Assembly (NCBI RefSeq): GCF_000737315.1
Contig: NZ_JMCB01000017.1
Coordinates: 124,001-188,000, forward strand
Source: Hyalangium minutum
GTDB lineage: Bacteria > Myxococcota > Myxococcia > Myxococcales > Myxococcaceae
DNA: 64,000 bases
Direction: 5' to 3'
The notes under the pieces were generated by a model. The model was not told where the DNA came from, ran no database searches, and saw only the letters and a program-made list of their open reading frames with translations. The position numbers and the translations under genes were made by a program. This document shows, in pieces, positions 8,834 to 17,881 of the stretch; position 1 is the stretch's first letter, and each line of letters begins with the position of its first letter.

Positions 8834-10588
8834 TCAGGCAGGCTGCCCGCGATCACGCGCGAGTGCCACGAAGGCCTCCATGAGCGTCTGGAGCCGCGCC
8901 TCGGCCCGCGTGCGCGCCTGGGCCACGGACTCTCCAGCGGTCAGCGTCTCCTTCAGCTCGAAGTAGTACTTGATCTTGGGCTCGGTGCCCGAGGGCCGCA
9001 GGGTGACACGGTGGCCGCCCTCCAGCTCGTAGGCGATAACATTCGAGGCTGGCAGGGTGATGGGCTCGACCTTGCCGCCCGAGCGGGTCTCGCGCTTCTG
9101 GTAGTCCTTGGTGCTGCGGACGGCGTAGGCACCGATGCGCTCGGGGTGGGACTGGCGGAAGCCCTCCATGATGCGCGCGATGGTCTGCGCGCCCTCGGCG
9201 CCCTTGAAGGTGAAGTTGCGCTGGCCTCCGACGAAGAGGCCGTGCTTGCGCTGGATCTCCTCCAGGTAGCCAAGCACCGTCGTCCTGCGCGACTGGCACC
9301 ACGCTGCCAGGTCCGCGAACACCAGCGCCGCGCTGATGCCGTCCTTGTCGCGCACCACGGTGCCCACCGTATAGCCGAGCGCCTCTTCGTAGCCGAAGAC
9401 GAACTGGATGTTCTCGCTGCGCTCGCGTTCCAGCGCGCGGTTGGCGATCCACTTGAAGCCGGTGAGCACCTCGTCATACGCGGCGCCGAGGTCATGGGCG
9501 ATCTGCCCGAGCTGCACCGAGGAGACAATCGTGGTGGCCACGTGAGGCCGGGCCCGCTTCGTGCCCTGGGTGAGGAGGTAGTGGCCCAGCAGCACGCCCA
9601 CCTCGTTGCCGGTGAGCATGCGCAGTGAGCCCTGCGCGTCCCGCGTCATCACCGCGAGCCGGTCCGCATCCGGATCATTGGCGAGCACCAGCTCCGCCTT
9701 CTGGCGCTCGGCGGCGGCGGTGGACAGGTCCATCGCGCCAGGCTCCTCCGGGTTGGGGAAGCGCACCGTGGGGAAGGTGCCATCCGGCTGCTGCTGCTCG
9801 GCCACGACATGGAAGCGCGGAAAGCCCGCCGCCTTCATCGCCTTCTCCATCCACACGCCACCCACGCCATGCATCGCCGTGTAGACGATGGACAGCGTGT
9901 CCGAGCCCTTCCCGTACATCCGCAGTCCGAGGATGGCCTTCAGGTAGGCCTCACCAATGTCCTCGGAGAGATCCTTCCAGAGGCCCTTGGCACGGGCCTC
10001 GGCGGGGCTGAGCAGCTTCACCTGGTTGGCGGGCTCGACCGCGTCGATGGCGGCGGCAATGCCCTTGTCGTGCGGCGGGATGATCTGCGCGCCGTTGCCC
10101 CAGTAGACCTTGTAGCCGTTGTACTCGGGCGGGTTGTGGCTCGCGGTGACCATCACCGCTGCGGCGGCCTTCAGGTGCAGCGCGGCGAACGCCGTCAGCG
10201 GCGTGGGCGCCAACGTGGTGAACACCAGCGCCGGAATGCCCTCGGCGGCGAGCACGCCGGCAGTGTCCTCGGCGAACTCGGCGCTCATCCGCCGGCCATC
10301 GCGGCCCACCACCACGCCCCGGGTGGCGACGTCCGGCACCTGGGCCTTGAGGTAGCGCGCCAGCCCCGCCGTGGTGCGGCGCACCACCGCCCGGTTCATC
10401 CGGTTGGGCCCCGCGCCAATCACTCCGCGCAGGCCCGCCGTGCCGAACTCCAGATTGCCCGCGAAGCGGTCGGCCAGATCCGCCGTGTCCTCGCTGGCGA
10501 GCACGTTCGCCAGTTCCTGCGCAGTAACGGAGTCCGGATCCGCCTTGCGCCACGCTTCTGCCTGCTCCCTCAGCCCGGTGTTGCTCAT
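8834..10588 (-). CDS. PGM2-type alpha-D-phosphohexomutase-family enzyme; probable phosphopentomutase in this context
   Basis: FGTAGLRG, TASHNP phosphoserine loop, DPDADR metal loop, YEEALG, RPSGTEPK. Confidence 0.9.
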   Translation of the reverse strand: MSNTGLREQAEAWRKADPDSVTAQELANVLASEDTADLADRFAGNLEFGTAGLRGVIGAGPNRMNRAVVRRTTAGLARYLKAQVPDVATRGVVVGRDGRRMSAEFAEDTAGVLAAEGIPALVFTTLAPTPLTAFAALHLKAAAAVMVTASHNPPEYNGYKVYWGNGAQIIPPHDKGIAAAIDAVEPANQVKLLSPAEARAKGLWKDLSEDIGEAYLKAILGLRMYGKGSDTLSIVYTAMHGVGGVWMEKAMKAAGFPRFHVVAEQQQPDGTFPTVRFPNPEEPGAMDLSTAAAERQKAELVLANDPDADRLAVMTRDAQGSLRMLTGNEVGVLLGHYLLTQGTKRARPHVATTIVSSVQLGQIAHDLGAAYDEVLTGFKWIANRALERERSENIQFVFGYEEALGYTVGTVVRDKDGISAALVFADLAAWCQSRRTTVLGYLEEIQRKHGLFVGGQRNFTFKGAEGAQTIARIMEGFRQSHPERIGAYAVRSTKDYQKRETRSGGKVEPITLPASNVIAYELEGGHRVTLRPSGTEPKIKYYFELKETLTAGESVAQARTRAEARLQTLMEAFVALARDRGQPA

Positions 10589-10636
10589 GTCCCGCCTCCT
10601 CGTCCCCTTGGCTCCGGGGTGCCCCGCGTGACGCGT

Positions 10637-11029
10637 TCAGGTGTAGTCGGTGAGCTTCTTGCGCGTGGGGCCGCCCTTGGGCTTGTCCTTCTTGCCCTGG
10701 CACTCCACGCAGTACTCCACATAGGGCATGGCCTTGAGCCGGCGGTACGGCAGCTCGTCGCCACACTCCTCGCACTCGCCGAAGCTGTCCGGATCGTTGC
10801 GCAGCTTGCCCAGCGCCTTCACCACCCGCGCCAGCACGCCGTCCATGTTCCGGTTCCGGCTGGACGCAATCGCCTGCATCATCTCGTTGAGCGGCTGCTC
10901 GTCCTCGTCGCCGCCCACCTTGCTGTCATCCGTCCGGTTCGGCTCGATCTTCGCTGGCGTCTTGCCGGTCAGCTCGGCATGCAGCGCCAGCAACAGCTGG
11001 CGCATCTCGTCTCGCTGGGCGTCCGTCAC
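10637..11029 (-). CDS. DksA/TraR-family C4 zinc-finger protein
   Basis: CEECG…RRLKAMP…CVECQ; N-terminal coiled coil. Confidence 0.88.
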   Translation of the reverse strand: MTDAQRDEMRQLLLALHAELTGKTPAKIEPNRTDDSKVGGDEDEQPLNEMMQAIASSRNRNMDGVLARVVKALGKLRNDPDSFGECEECGDELPYRRLKAMPYVEYCVECQGKKDKPKGGPTRKKLTDYT

Positions 11030-11053
11030 CGCGCTCCCCCGAGGTGGCTAGGG

Positions 11054-11992
11054 TCAGTACTTCCCGGTCGACTTCTGGCCGGTGATGATGGCCACGGAGG
11101 CCGAGGCACCGATGCGGTTGGCGCCCGCCTGGATCATCTTCATCGCGTCCTCGGCCGAGCGCACGCCACCCGAGGCCTTCACGCCCACGTCGTCACCCAC
11201 CACCTTGCGCATCAGCGCGATGTCCTCGGCGGTGGCGCCTCCGGAGCTGAAGCCCGTGGACGTCTTCACGAAGGCAGCCCCGGCAGCCTTGGAGAGCGCG
11301 CAGGCGCAGATCTTCTCCTCAAGGTTGAGCTGGCTCGTCTCCAGGATGACCTTGACCGGGTGCGGGCGGCTGGCCTCCACCACCATGGAGATGTCCTTGA
11401 GCACCAGCGCGTAGTCCTTCGCCTTCAGCGCGCCGATGTTGATCACCATGTCGATTTCCTTCGCGCCGCAGCGGATGGCCTCACGGGCCTCGAAGGCCTT
11501 GGCGCTGGGCAGCGCCGCCCCGAGCGGGAAGCCCACCACGGCGATGGGCACCGTCTTGGAGCCCGCCAGAATCCGGGCCGCCAGCGCCACGTTCACCGAG
11601 TTCACGCACACCGTGGCGAACCCGTGCTTCCGGGCCTCCTCGGACAGCTTGATGACCTCTTCGCGGCTGGCCTCGGGCTTGAGCAGCGTGTGGTCGATGT
11701 ATGGGGCGATGTCCGCGCTGGTCCGGATGGACTCCGGAGAGATACGGGCCGCGCCGGCCTTCACCGCGCCCACGGTGCCGCAGCTGTCCACGTTCGGGCA
11801 CACGTCGCACGAAGGCGCACATTCCTTGGAGGCCATAGCGTCCCCCGGCTTGCTGGCGCCAGTGGCCTCGCGGGCGGAGGGCCCGGGCGAGGTGGTGCAG
11901 GGCTGCTCCTTGCCTGCTCGGAGGGCTTGCATCCTACGGCGGACACGGTCAGCGATCTCGTCGACGACTTGGGTCATCTCGTCAGCGGCCAT
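11054..11992 (-). CDS. deoC: 2-deoxyribose-5-phosphate aldolase with about 90-aa N-terminal extension
   Basis: [45 protein letters not shown]; ATG 11992 (the 737-aa ORF upstream is antisense shadow). Confidence 0.95.
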   Translation of the reverse strand: MAADEMTQVVDEIADRVRRRMQALRAGKEQPCTTSPGPSAREATGASKPGDAMASKECAPSCDVCPNVDSCGTVGAVKAGAARISPESIRTSADIAPYIDHTLLKPEASREEVIKLSEEARKHGFATVCVNSVNVALAARILAGSKTVPIAVVGFPLGAALPSAKAFEAREAIRCGAKEIDMVINIGALKAKDYALVLKDISMVVEASRPHPVKVILETSQLNLEEKICACALSKAAGAAFVKTSTGFSSGGATAEDIALMRKVVGDDVGVKASGGVRSAEDAMKMIQAGANRIGASASVAIITGQKSTGKY

Positions 11993-12100
11993 GGAGCCGG
12001 ATGTAGCCCAGAAGGGGGTCCCTCGGGAAGCATTCGGACAAGGGCAGCTTGGGTGCTTGCCGAGTGCCGCACAGGGGGTGGCAGGCGCTAGAGTCTCCCT

Positions 12101-13378
12101 GTGATGTCCTTCCCCCGGCTGCTCAGCGTCCTCCTCGTCCTCCTCACGGCCTTCTCCAGCGGGGCGCAGCCTGCCCCCGCTCGCCCGGCCCCGGGTAAAC
12201 CGCTCACGGTGTATTTCTTCGATGTGGGCCAGGGCGACGCGGCGCTCATCGTCTCGCCCACGGGCAAGACGGTGCTCATCGACGGAGGGCCGCCGGAGGC
12301 TGGGGAGCACCTGGCGTCCCGGATCAAGCAGCTCGTCCACGCGCCACTGGACCTGGTCATCCTCACGCATCCGCACCTGGACCACCTCGGGAGCCTGAGG
12401 GATGCGCTGCAGGCGGTGGGGGCCAAGCGCTTCATGGATCCGGGCTTTGACCACCCAAGCGAGGCCTATCGGAACCTGCTCGAGTTCGTGGGCAAAGAGG
12501 TGGACCAGGTGATGACGCCCGAGCCGAATCCGCAGGCCCCGGACACGTTCCTCACGGTGGGGCTCGGAGAGGGCGTGGTGCTCACGGTGTACTGGCCTCG
12601 CTTCCCGCGCGAGCCGTTCCTGAAGAACACGCGCTCGGATGCGAACTCCAACTCGATCGTGACGCGGCTCACCTATGGCAAGACGGCGTTCTTCTTCACG
12701 GGAGACAGTGAGAAGGACACCGAGGAGGCTCTGCTGCGCCAGCGCACGGACTTCACCTCCACTGTGCTGAAGGTGGCGCACCACGGCGGGAAGCACTCCT
12801 CCACGAAAGAGTTCCTGGAGGCGGTGAAGCCCAAGGCCGCCGTCATCTCCTGCAGCCATGACAACGAGTACGGCCACCCCACTGCGGAGGCGCTCGAGCG
12901 GCTGTCCGCCGTGGGCGCCAAGGTGTTCCGCACGGACCTGAACGGCGAAGTCCAGGCCGTGAGCGATGGCGTCAACGTCACCCTCCAGGCCGAGAAGGGC
13001 AGCCGCTCGAAGCTCACCGTTCCGGGCGAGGTGAAGCCGCTGGGGTCGAGTTCCAGCCCTGCTCCCGCGGCCGCCCCCACCCCGAAGCCCACTGGGGGCG
13101 CTGCCGCCACGCAGCCTCCGAACAAGCCCGGCGGTGAGACGGTGCAGACCGGGTACAAGCCTCCCGTCTCGGCTCCGGCGCCCGCTCCTGCTCCCAACAA
13201 GGCTCAGGCACCTGCTCCCTCGGCCGGTCAGAAGTTCGTGAGCCTCAAGGGCAGCGCGGTCTTCCACCGGGAGGACTGCGGCACCCTCAAGCGGGCGAAG
13301 ACAAAGGAGCGCACGGTGTACACATCCCGCGCCACCGCCGCGCGCGAGCGCCGGCCCGCGGAGGACTGCAAGCCATGA
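12101..13378 (+). CDS. Secreted ComEC/Rec2-type MBL-fold metallohydrolase (putative nuclease) with C-terminal Ada-like domain
   Basis: Signal peptide; DVGQGDA, THPHLDH, FTGD, KVAHHG, NEYGHP all intact; FHREDC…RPAEDCKP tail. Confidence 0.85.
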   Translation: MMSFPRLLSVLLVLLTAFSSGAQPAPARPAPGKPLTVYFFDVGQGDAALIVSPTGKTVLIDGGPPEAGEHLASRIKQLVHAPLDLVILTHPHLDHLGSLRDALQAVGAKRFMDPGFDHPSEAYRNLLEFVGKEVDQVMTPEPNPQAPDTFLTVGLGEGVVLTVYWPRFPREPFLKNTRSDANSNSIVTRLTYGKTAFFFTGDSEKDTEEALLRQRTDFTSTVLKVAHHGGKHSSTKEFLEAVKPKAAVISCSHDNEYGHPTAEALERLSAVGAKVFRTDLNGEVQAVSDGVNVTLQAEKGSRSKLTVPGEVKPLGSSSSPAPAAAPTPKPTGGAAATQPPNKPGGETVQTGYKPPVSAPAPAPAPNKAQAPAPSAGQKFVSLKGSAVFHREDCGTLKRAKTKERTVYTSRATAARERRPAEDCKP

Positions 13379-14724
13379 GCTCGCGCCTGTGGCCCTTGCT
13401 GGCCCTGCTGTTGGCCGCCGCGTGCAAGGAGCCTCCTCCGGCCCCGCCCGCGCCGCCGCCGGCCACGCGCCCCGCCGCTCCGAAGCACTTTTTGGGCAAC
13501 GCGCCGGACGGGAAGCTCCACATCTACTTCCTCGACGTGGGCCAAGGAGACTCCGCGCTCATCGTCTCGCCCGAGGGGCGCACCGTCCTCGTCGACACGG
13601 GCCCGGCCACGGCGGTGAACCACCTGGTGAACCGGCTGCCGGAGCTGCTCGCCGCGCGGCTGGATCTGGTGGTCCTCACCCACCCGTCGCCCGAACACTA
13701 CGGCACGCTGAGCGCGGTGCAGAAGATCGCGGATCCGCGCCGGCTGCTCGAGCCGCAGCTGCCCGAGACGCCCTCGGATTACGACGCCCTGCTCACGACG
13801 CTGGGCTCGTCGGGAGTGGAGATCTTCTCGCCCGCGCCCAACCCGGCCCAGCCTCAGGAGCTGACGCGCCTACCGCTGGGCAAGGGGGCGGAGCTGACGG
13901 TCCTGTGGCCGCGTGCGCCCACCGAGCCCTTGGTGCAGCTGCAGGGGGAGAAGCGCGCGCAGCATGAGGCCAACTCTATCGTCCTGCGCCTGACCTATGG
14001 GAAGACCTCGGTGCTCTTCGTGGGCGACGCTCGCGCTGAGACGGAGGCCGCGCTGCTGAAGCGTGGGGCGGAGCTGAACTCCACGCTCCTGAAGGTGGGT
14101 GGGCATGGGGCGGACTCGAGTACCACCCAGGAGTTCCTCCGGAAGGTGAAGCCGCAGGCGGCCATCATCAGCGTGGGCGGAGGCAACAAGCTCGGGGTTC
14201 CGGCGCAGGCCGTGCTGACCCGGCTGAAGGAGGAGAAGACGGCCCTCTTCCGCACCGATCAATACGGCGAGGTGCACGCGATGAGTGATGGCACGCAGTT
14301 CGTGCTCACCACGCAGAAGCTCGCGCCGGGCGAGGCCACCAACACCCAGCATGTCTTCGATGCCCCGGAGGAGCAGGCGCTGCAGGTTCCGACGCCTTCC
14401 GTACCCGTGGCCGAGAAGCCAGAGCCGAAGGTGGTGCCCGCGAAGGCCGTCGTCCCCAAGGCGAAGGAGGGCGAGGACCTCTCGCGGTTCGGCAAGGTGG
14501 TGGACATCGACACGCTGGGCGCCAAGGAGCACGGAGGCCGCCCGGAGAAGAAAGGGGCCCCAGCGGGAGGCGAGAAGTACTTCGCCAGCAAGAATCGGCC
14601 GATTTTCCACAAAGCGAGCTGCCGCAGCGTCAAACAGATCTCCGATGCGAACCTGCGTGAGTACAGCTCGCGCGAAGCTGCGCTAAAGGACAACAAGACG
14701 CCCGCCAACGACTGCAGGCCATGA
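13375..14724 (+). CDS. Lipoprotein ComEC/Rec2-type MBL-fold paralogue with degenerate metal site
   Basis: Lipobox LAAAC; DVGQGDS kept, but THPSPEH, KVGGHG and NKLGVP replace the metal-binding motifs; ATGA overlap with the previous gene. Confidence 0.82.
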   Translation: MSSRLWPLLALLLAAACKEPPPAPPAPPPATRPAAPKHFLGNAPDGKLHIYFLDVGQGDSALIVSPEGRTVLVDTGPATAVNHLVNRLPELLAARLDLVVLTHPSPEHYGTLSAVQKIADPRRLLEPQLPETPSDYDALLTTLGSSGVEIFSPAPNPAQPQELTRLPLGKGAELTVLWPRAPTEPLVQLQGEKRAQHEANSIVLRLTYGKTSVLFVGDARAETEAALLKRGAELNSTLLKVGGHGADSSTTQEFLRKVKPQAAIISVGGGNKLGVPAQAVLTRLKEEKTALFRTDQYGEVHAMSDGTQFVLTTQKLAPGEATNTQHVFDAPEEQALQVPTPSVPVAEKPEPKVVPAKAVVPKAKEGEDLSRFGKVVDIDTLGAKEHGGRPEKKGAPAGGEKYFASKNRPIFHKASCRSVKQISDANLREYSSREAALKDNKTPANDCRP

Positions 14725-14733
14725 GGATCGCCC

Positions 14734-14973
14734 ATGCGTAAGGCCACCGTGGACCGCTTCGAGGAAGAGCTGGCCGTGCTCATCGTCGACGGGCAGCAGG
14801 TGACCTGGCCCCGCGCCAACCTGCCTGCGGAGGTGCACGAGGGTGACGTGATCGATCTCGACACGGGGACGATCGACACGGAGGCCACCTCGGAGCTGCG
14901 CGAGCAGGTGCGGCAGGCCCGGAAGCAGGCGAAGAAGAAGAAGCCCGCGCCCACAGGCAACTTCGACCTCTGA
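14734..14973 (+). CDS. DUF3006-like small protein
   Basis: ATVDRFEEELAVL…LPAEVHEGDVI pattern; this family is commonly next to ComEC-like MBL genes. Confidence 0.8.
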   Translation: MRKATVDRFEEELAVLIVDGQQVTWPRANLPAEVHEGDVIDLDTGTIDTEATSELREQVRQARKQAKKKKPAPTGNFDL

Positions 14974-15111
14974 CGGGCGACTCCCTGGCAGGTTCGCTGC
15001 GTGCTCCTAAACCCCGAGGGCGGCATGGACACAGCGAGCCGAGGCCGCTGAAGCGGGGCCAGATCCGCGGGGTTCTTCTGACCGTGTCAGCAGGGTGTGA
15101 GGCTGGACCTC

Positions 15112-16533
15112 ATGCCCCGTCTTCTGTCCCTGGCGTTGCTTCTGACGCTGTCCACCTTCTTACTGGGCAGCGACTGCGGCGAGCATGAAGCCGTCTCGTT
15201 GGAGGAGCTGCGCCGGGACGTAGCGCCTCCCTTCGACTACAGCCTGTACTGCGACCCGTCGGGGACGCTGGTGGGAGACCGCTCCGCCGTGCTGTTGGTG
15301 CACCGCTCGGAGCACCTGGAGCGGGTGTACGCGGATGCACAAGCGGGTGATGCCAGGGCCCGGACGGTGTTCGCCCAGTTGGAGAGTGCGGTCCGGCTGA
15401 GAGGAGCAGGTCTGGCGAATGAGGCACTGGGGTTCACATGTGCCACGGCTCCCGCGTGCGCGCTGCAGTGGCACTTCCAGGAGGAGCTGATCCCCTCGCG
15501 CCAGGCCGGAGGCACGCGCCTGCGGGAGCTTCTGGCCGCCAGCTTCGAGCGCCAAGCAAAGCTCAAGGGCGTCAGCAACGCCGTCCTCAACGCAGCGCTG
15601 AACGTGCTGGTGGCTGGCACCGTACTGAAGCCAGGTGCAGGGGGAGCCGCAGAGGCCAAAGCCGCGACAGCCGAGGCCCGAGCCAGCTCACAGGAGGCGG
15701 GACAGCTGTCCCGCGAAGCCACCCTCGGACGGCAGCTCATGCCAAGCCATGAGGCACGCACGGCCGTCGACGAAACCGCGGCAGCGTTTGAAGCCCGGTT
15801 CGCCGAGGCAGAGGCGATAGAGCGAGGCCCCCGGTACTCGGTCCGCGTGGAGGAACTCGAACGCTACCGCCCTGCCTACAGCCAGCCTCCCTCAGGTGTA
15901 CCGGCAGATCATCCGCGCTGGAGCCGATACGTGACGTACTGGGAGCGCCGGTACGACGAACTCACGGGCAAACGGCCACTCCCTCCGGGCGAGTCAGAAG
16001 CCAAGCTGCCGTTGACGTGGAGGGGCTACGACGCCCTGCTCGGACGATTCCAACGCGCTCGGGAGTTCCAGCACGGAGTGACACAGGCCATGCAGCAGGA
16101 GGCTCGCGCAGCGGGTAGAGGACAGTTCCTGCCCCAGGAAATGAAACGCCCCCTGGTGGTGGACAACCTGGGTCTGGCGCGTGGAGAAGGAGCCCCCATC
16201 ACCTACGCGGACCAGTTCGTGGTGGATGAAGCCACCCTGGGCCCTGGTAAGCGCCCCCAGGTTCACACCTACAGTACCAAGCAGCACGACTTCTCTGGGA
16301 AGCGACCAGCAGACGCCTCGAAGCAGTTCCTGTCCGATGCCCAAGAAGCCATGACGAAGTATGGCGGAACAGTCGAAGTGCGCAGACGCGGTCACCCACT
16401 CTTCGGGCAGAAGGTCGTCGTCTCGCGGGTACACATCGTCTATGACGGAGAGAAGCTCGCTGGTGAAATCCGAGAAGCACTTTTTGAGCAAGCACAGGCC
16501 TCAGGAGTCGAACTCCACTTCCATGTCCCTTGA
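15112..16533 (+). CDS. Putative exported polymorphic toxin with restriction-endonuclease-like C-terminus
   Basis: Signal peptide ending in Cys (LLGSDC), central hydrophobic helix, YADQFVVD…YSTK motif, overlapping partner gene, less GC-biased codons than neighbours. Confidence 0.55.
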   Translation: MPRLLSLALLLTLSTFLLGSDCGEHEAVSLEELRRDVAPPFDYSLYCDPSGTLVGDRSAVLLVHRSEHLERVYADAQAGDARARTVFAQLESAVRLRGAGLANEALGFTCATAPACALQWHFQEELIPSRQAGGTRLRELLAASFERQAKLKGVSNAVLNAALNVLVAGTVLKPGAGGAAEAKAATAEARASSQEAGQLSREATLGRQLMPSHEARTAVDETAAAFEARFAEAEAIERGPRYSVRVEELERYRPAYSQPPSGVPADHPRWSRYVTYWERRYDELTGKRPLPPGESEAKLPLTWRGYDALLGRFQRAREFQHGVTQAMQQEARAAGRGQFLPQEMKRPLVVDNLGLARGEGAPITYADQFVVDEATLGPGKRPQVHTYSTKQHDFSGKRPADASKQFLSDAQEAMTKYGGTVEVRRRGHPLFGQKVVVSRVHIVYDGEKLAGEIREALFEQAQASGVELHFHVP

Positions 16534-17863
16534 TGACTGGAACAAGTCTGACGACCTCATGCTGGGTCTCCACTCTCCGCTCAACCCGTTTGAGCGCGGC
16601 TTCGAGGGGCTGGAGCCTGTGCTGGAGGCCATCGAGTCCCTTGCTCCGGAGATGCGCCCAGACACACTGGTCTTTCGGCGCAAGCGGAAGTACTCGCGGC
16701 AGGCGCTGCGTCAGCATTTCCACGAAACAGCCTTCGGCGACGATGTCCAAAGCCTGATGATGGTGCGGTCCAAGCCACCCGAAAGCAGGCTGACACTGAC
16801 AGGCGCGCTGCGCGAGCACGGCCCCGAATTCTCCGTGTCATTTCATTTGAGCCCCTTTTCCTTCTTCCGGGCTCCTGGCCATGCGGAGAAACGCGCAGAG
16901 GCTCTTCTGTCGTTCGTGCGCGCCCTGGCCACGCACCTTCCCCTCTCTCTAGGCAGAGGGCACAGCTTCGTTGATCTCTGCATGGGGCCAGACCCCCACA
17001 TGAAGGACAGGAGCCCCAGCCGCCCCATCCACGAGATCTTCTGGCTCAACGTCTTCGGGCCGCACCTCGTAGACAGGTTTGGCCGCCAGCGACTGCTCTC
17101 CACGCCCTGCGCCCATATGGAGGAGCTGCCCGGCGGTGCGTTCCTCTGGCTCACCCGCCCGACTCCCGCGGACTTCGACTCCGAGGAGGCCCGGCTCGCG
17201 CAGGCCCGTGCCTTGGTCCACTTGCGCCCCGAGCTCAGTCTGGAATCCACGCTTGCCACCCTGCGCCAGCGCTCCCTCGTCTTCACTCCCATCCCCATCC
17301 AATTCCACCCGGACGTGGCGGAGATCCTCTCGCAGGAAGTGGACTTCCGAGGCCTCTGGACCAAGCGCCAGAACGTCGAGCAGTTCAACCAGTACCGCCC
17401 TCCGCCTGTGTCCGAGTGGATCCCCGCCTCGCAGTGCCCTCCTCCAGATGTGGACGACGTCGCCAAGCGCATCGCCACCTACAGGAACATCTGCGCCGAG
17501 GAACTCATCGCCCTCTTCCACACGCCGGTCCCCGCGCTCTTGGACGGTACCCTCGACGCGCTGCCCCACCTGGACTGGTACCTGTGGCACCACCGCTGGG
17601 GGAAGAACCACACCCAGGATCAGCTCAACACCCTCCTCCCCGCGCTGGGAGGATGGCTCGGATACCAACTGGTAAACCTGCTCGGCGGCCGCTGGGTTCC
17701 TCGAAAGAATGTTTTCGAGTCCGCCGTCATCATCGGCGACCGGGCCTGGCTGCCGTTCCAGCGCGCGGCTCATGCCCTCAGCGGGCTCGATGCGCCGCTC
17801 GACTACTCGTGCACCCAGTTCTTCCGCGAGGCCCAGCGCTTCTCCCGCCAGCACACCCACTGA
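16523..17863 (+). CDS. Putative cognate immunity protein
   Basis: ATG 16523 overlaps the toxin end by 11 nt; FWLNVFG…GRQRLLSTP…EELPGG segment resembles myxobacterial immunity-type proteins. Confidence 0.55.
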   Translation: MSLDDWNKSDDLMLGLHSPLNPFERGFEGLEPVLEAIESLAPEMRPDTLVFRRKRKYSRQALRQHFHETAFGDDVQSLMMVRSKPPESRLTLTGALREHGPEFSVSFHLSPFSFFRAPGHAEKRAEALLSFVRALATHLPLSLGRGHSFVDLCMGPDPHMKDRSPSRPIHEIFWLNVFGPHLVDRFGRQRLLSTPCAHMEELPGGAFLWLTRPTPADFDSEEARLAQARALVHLRPELSLESTLATLRQRSLVFTPIPIQFHPDVAEILSQEVDFRGLWTKRQNVEQFNQYRPPPVSEWIPASQCPPPDVDDVAKRIATYRNICAEELIALFHTPVPALLDGTLDALPHLDWYLWHHRWGKNHTQDQLNTLLPALGGWLGYQLVNLLGGRWVPRKNVFESAVIIGDRAWLPFQRAAHALSGLDAPLDYSCTQFFREAQRFSRQHTH

Positions 17864-17881
17864 AGCTGCTCACACCAGCGC

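Noticed and set aside
11993-13267. 737-aa ORF suggesting a large DeoC fusion
   Set aside because: The upstream part is the antisense shadow of the MBL gene; a credible protein starts at ATG 11992.
12101-14724. Natural-competence (ComEC) locus
   Set aside because: No multi-TM competence channel domain and no comEA/comF nearby; only the MBL domain is present.
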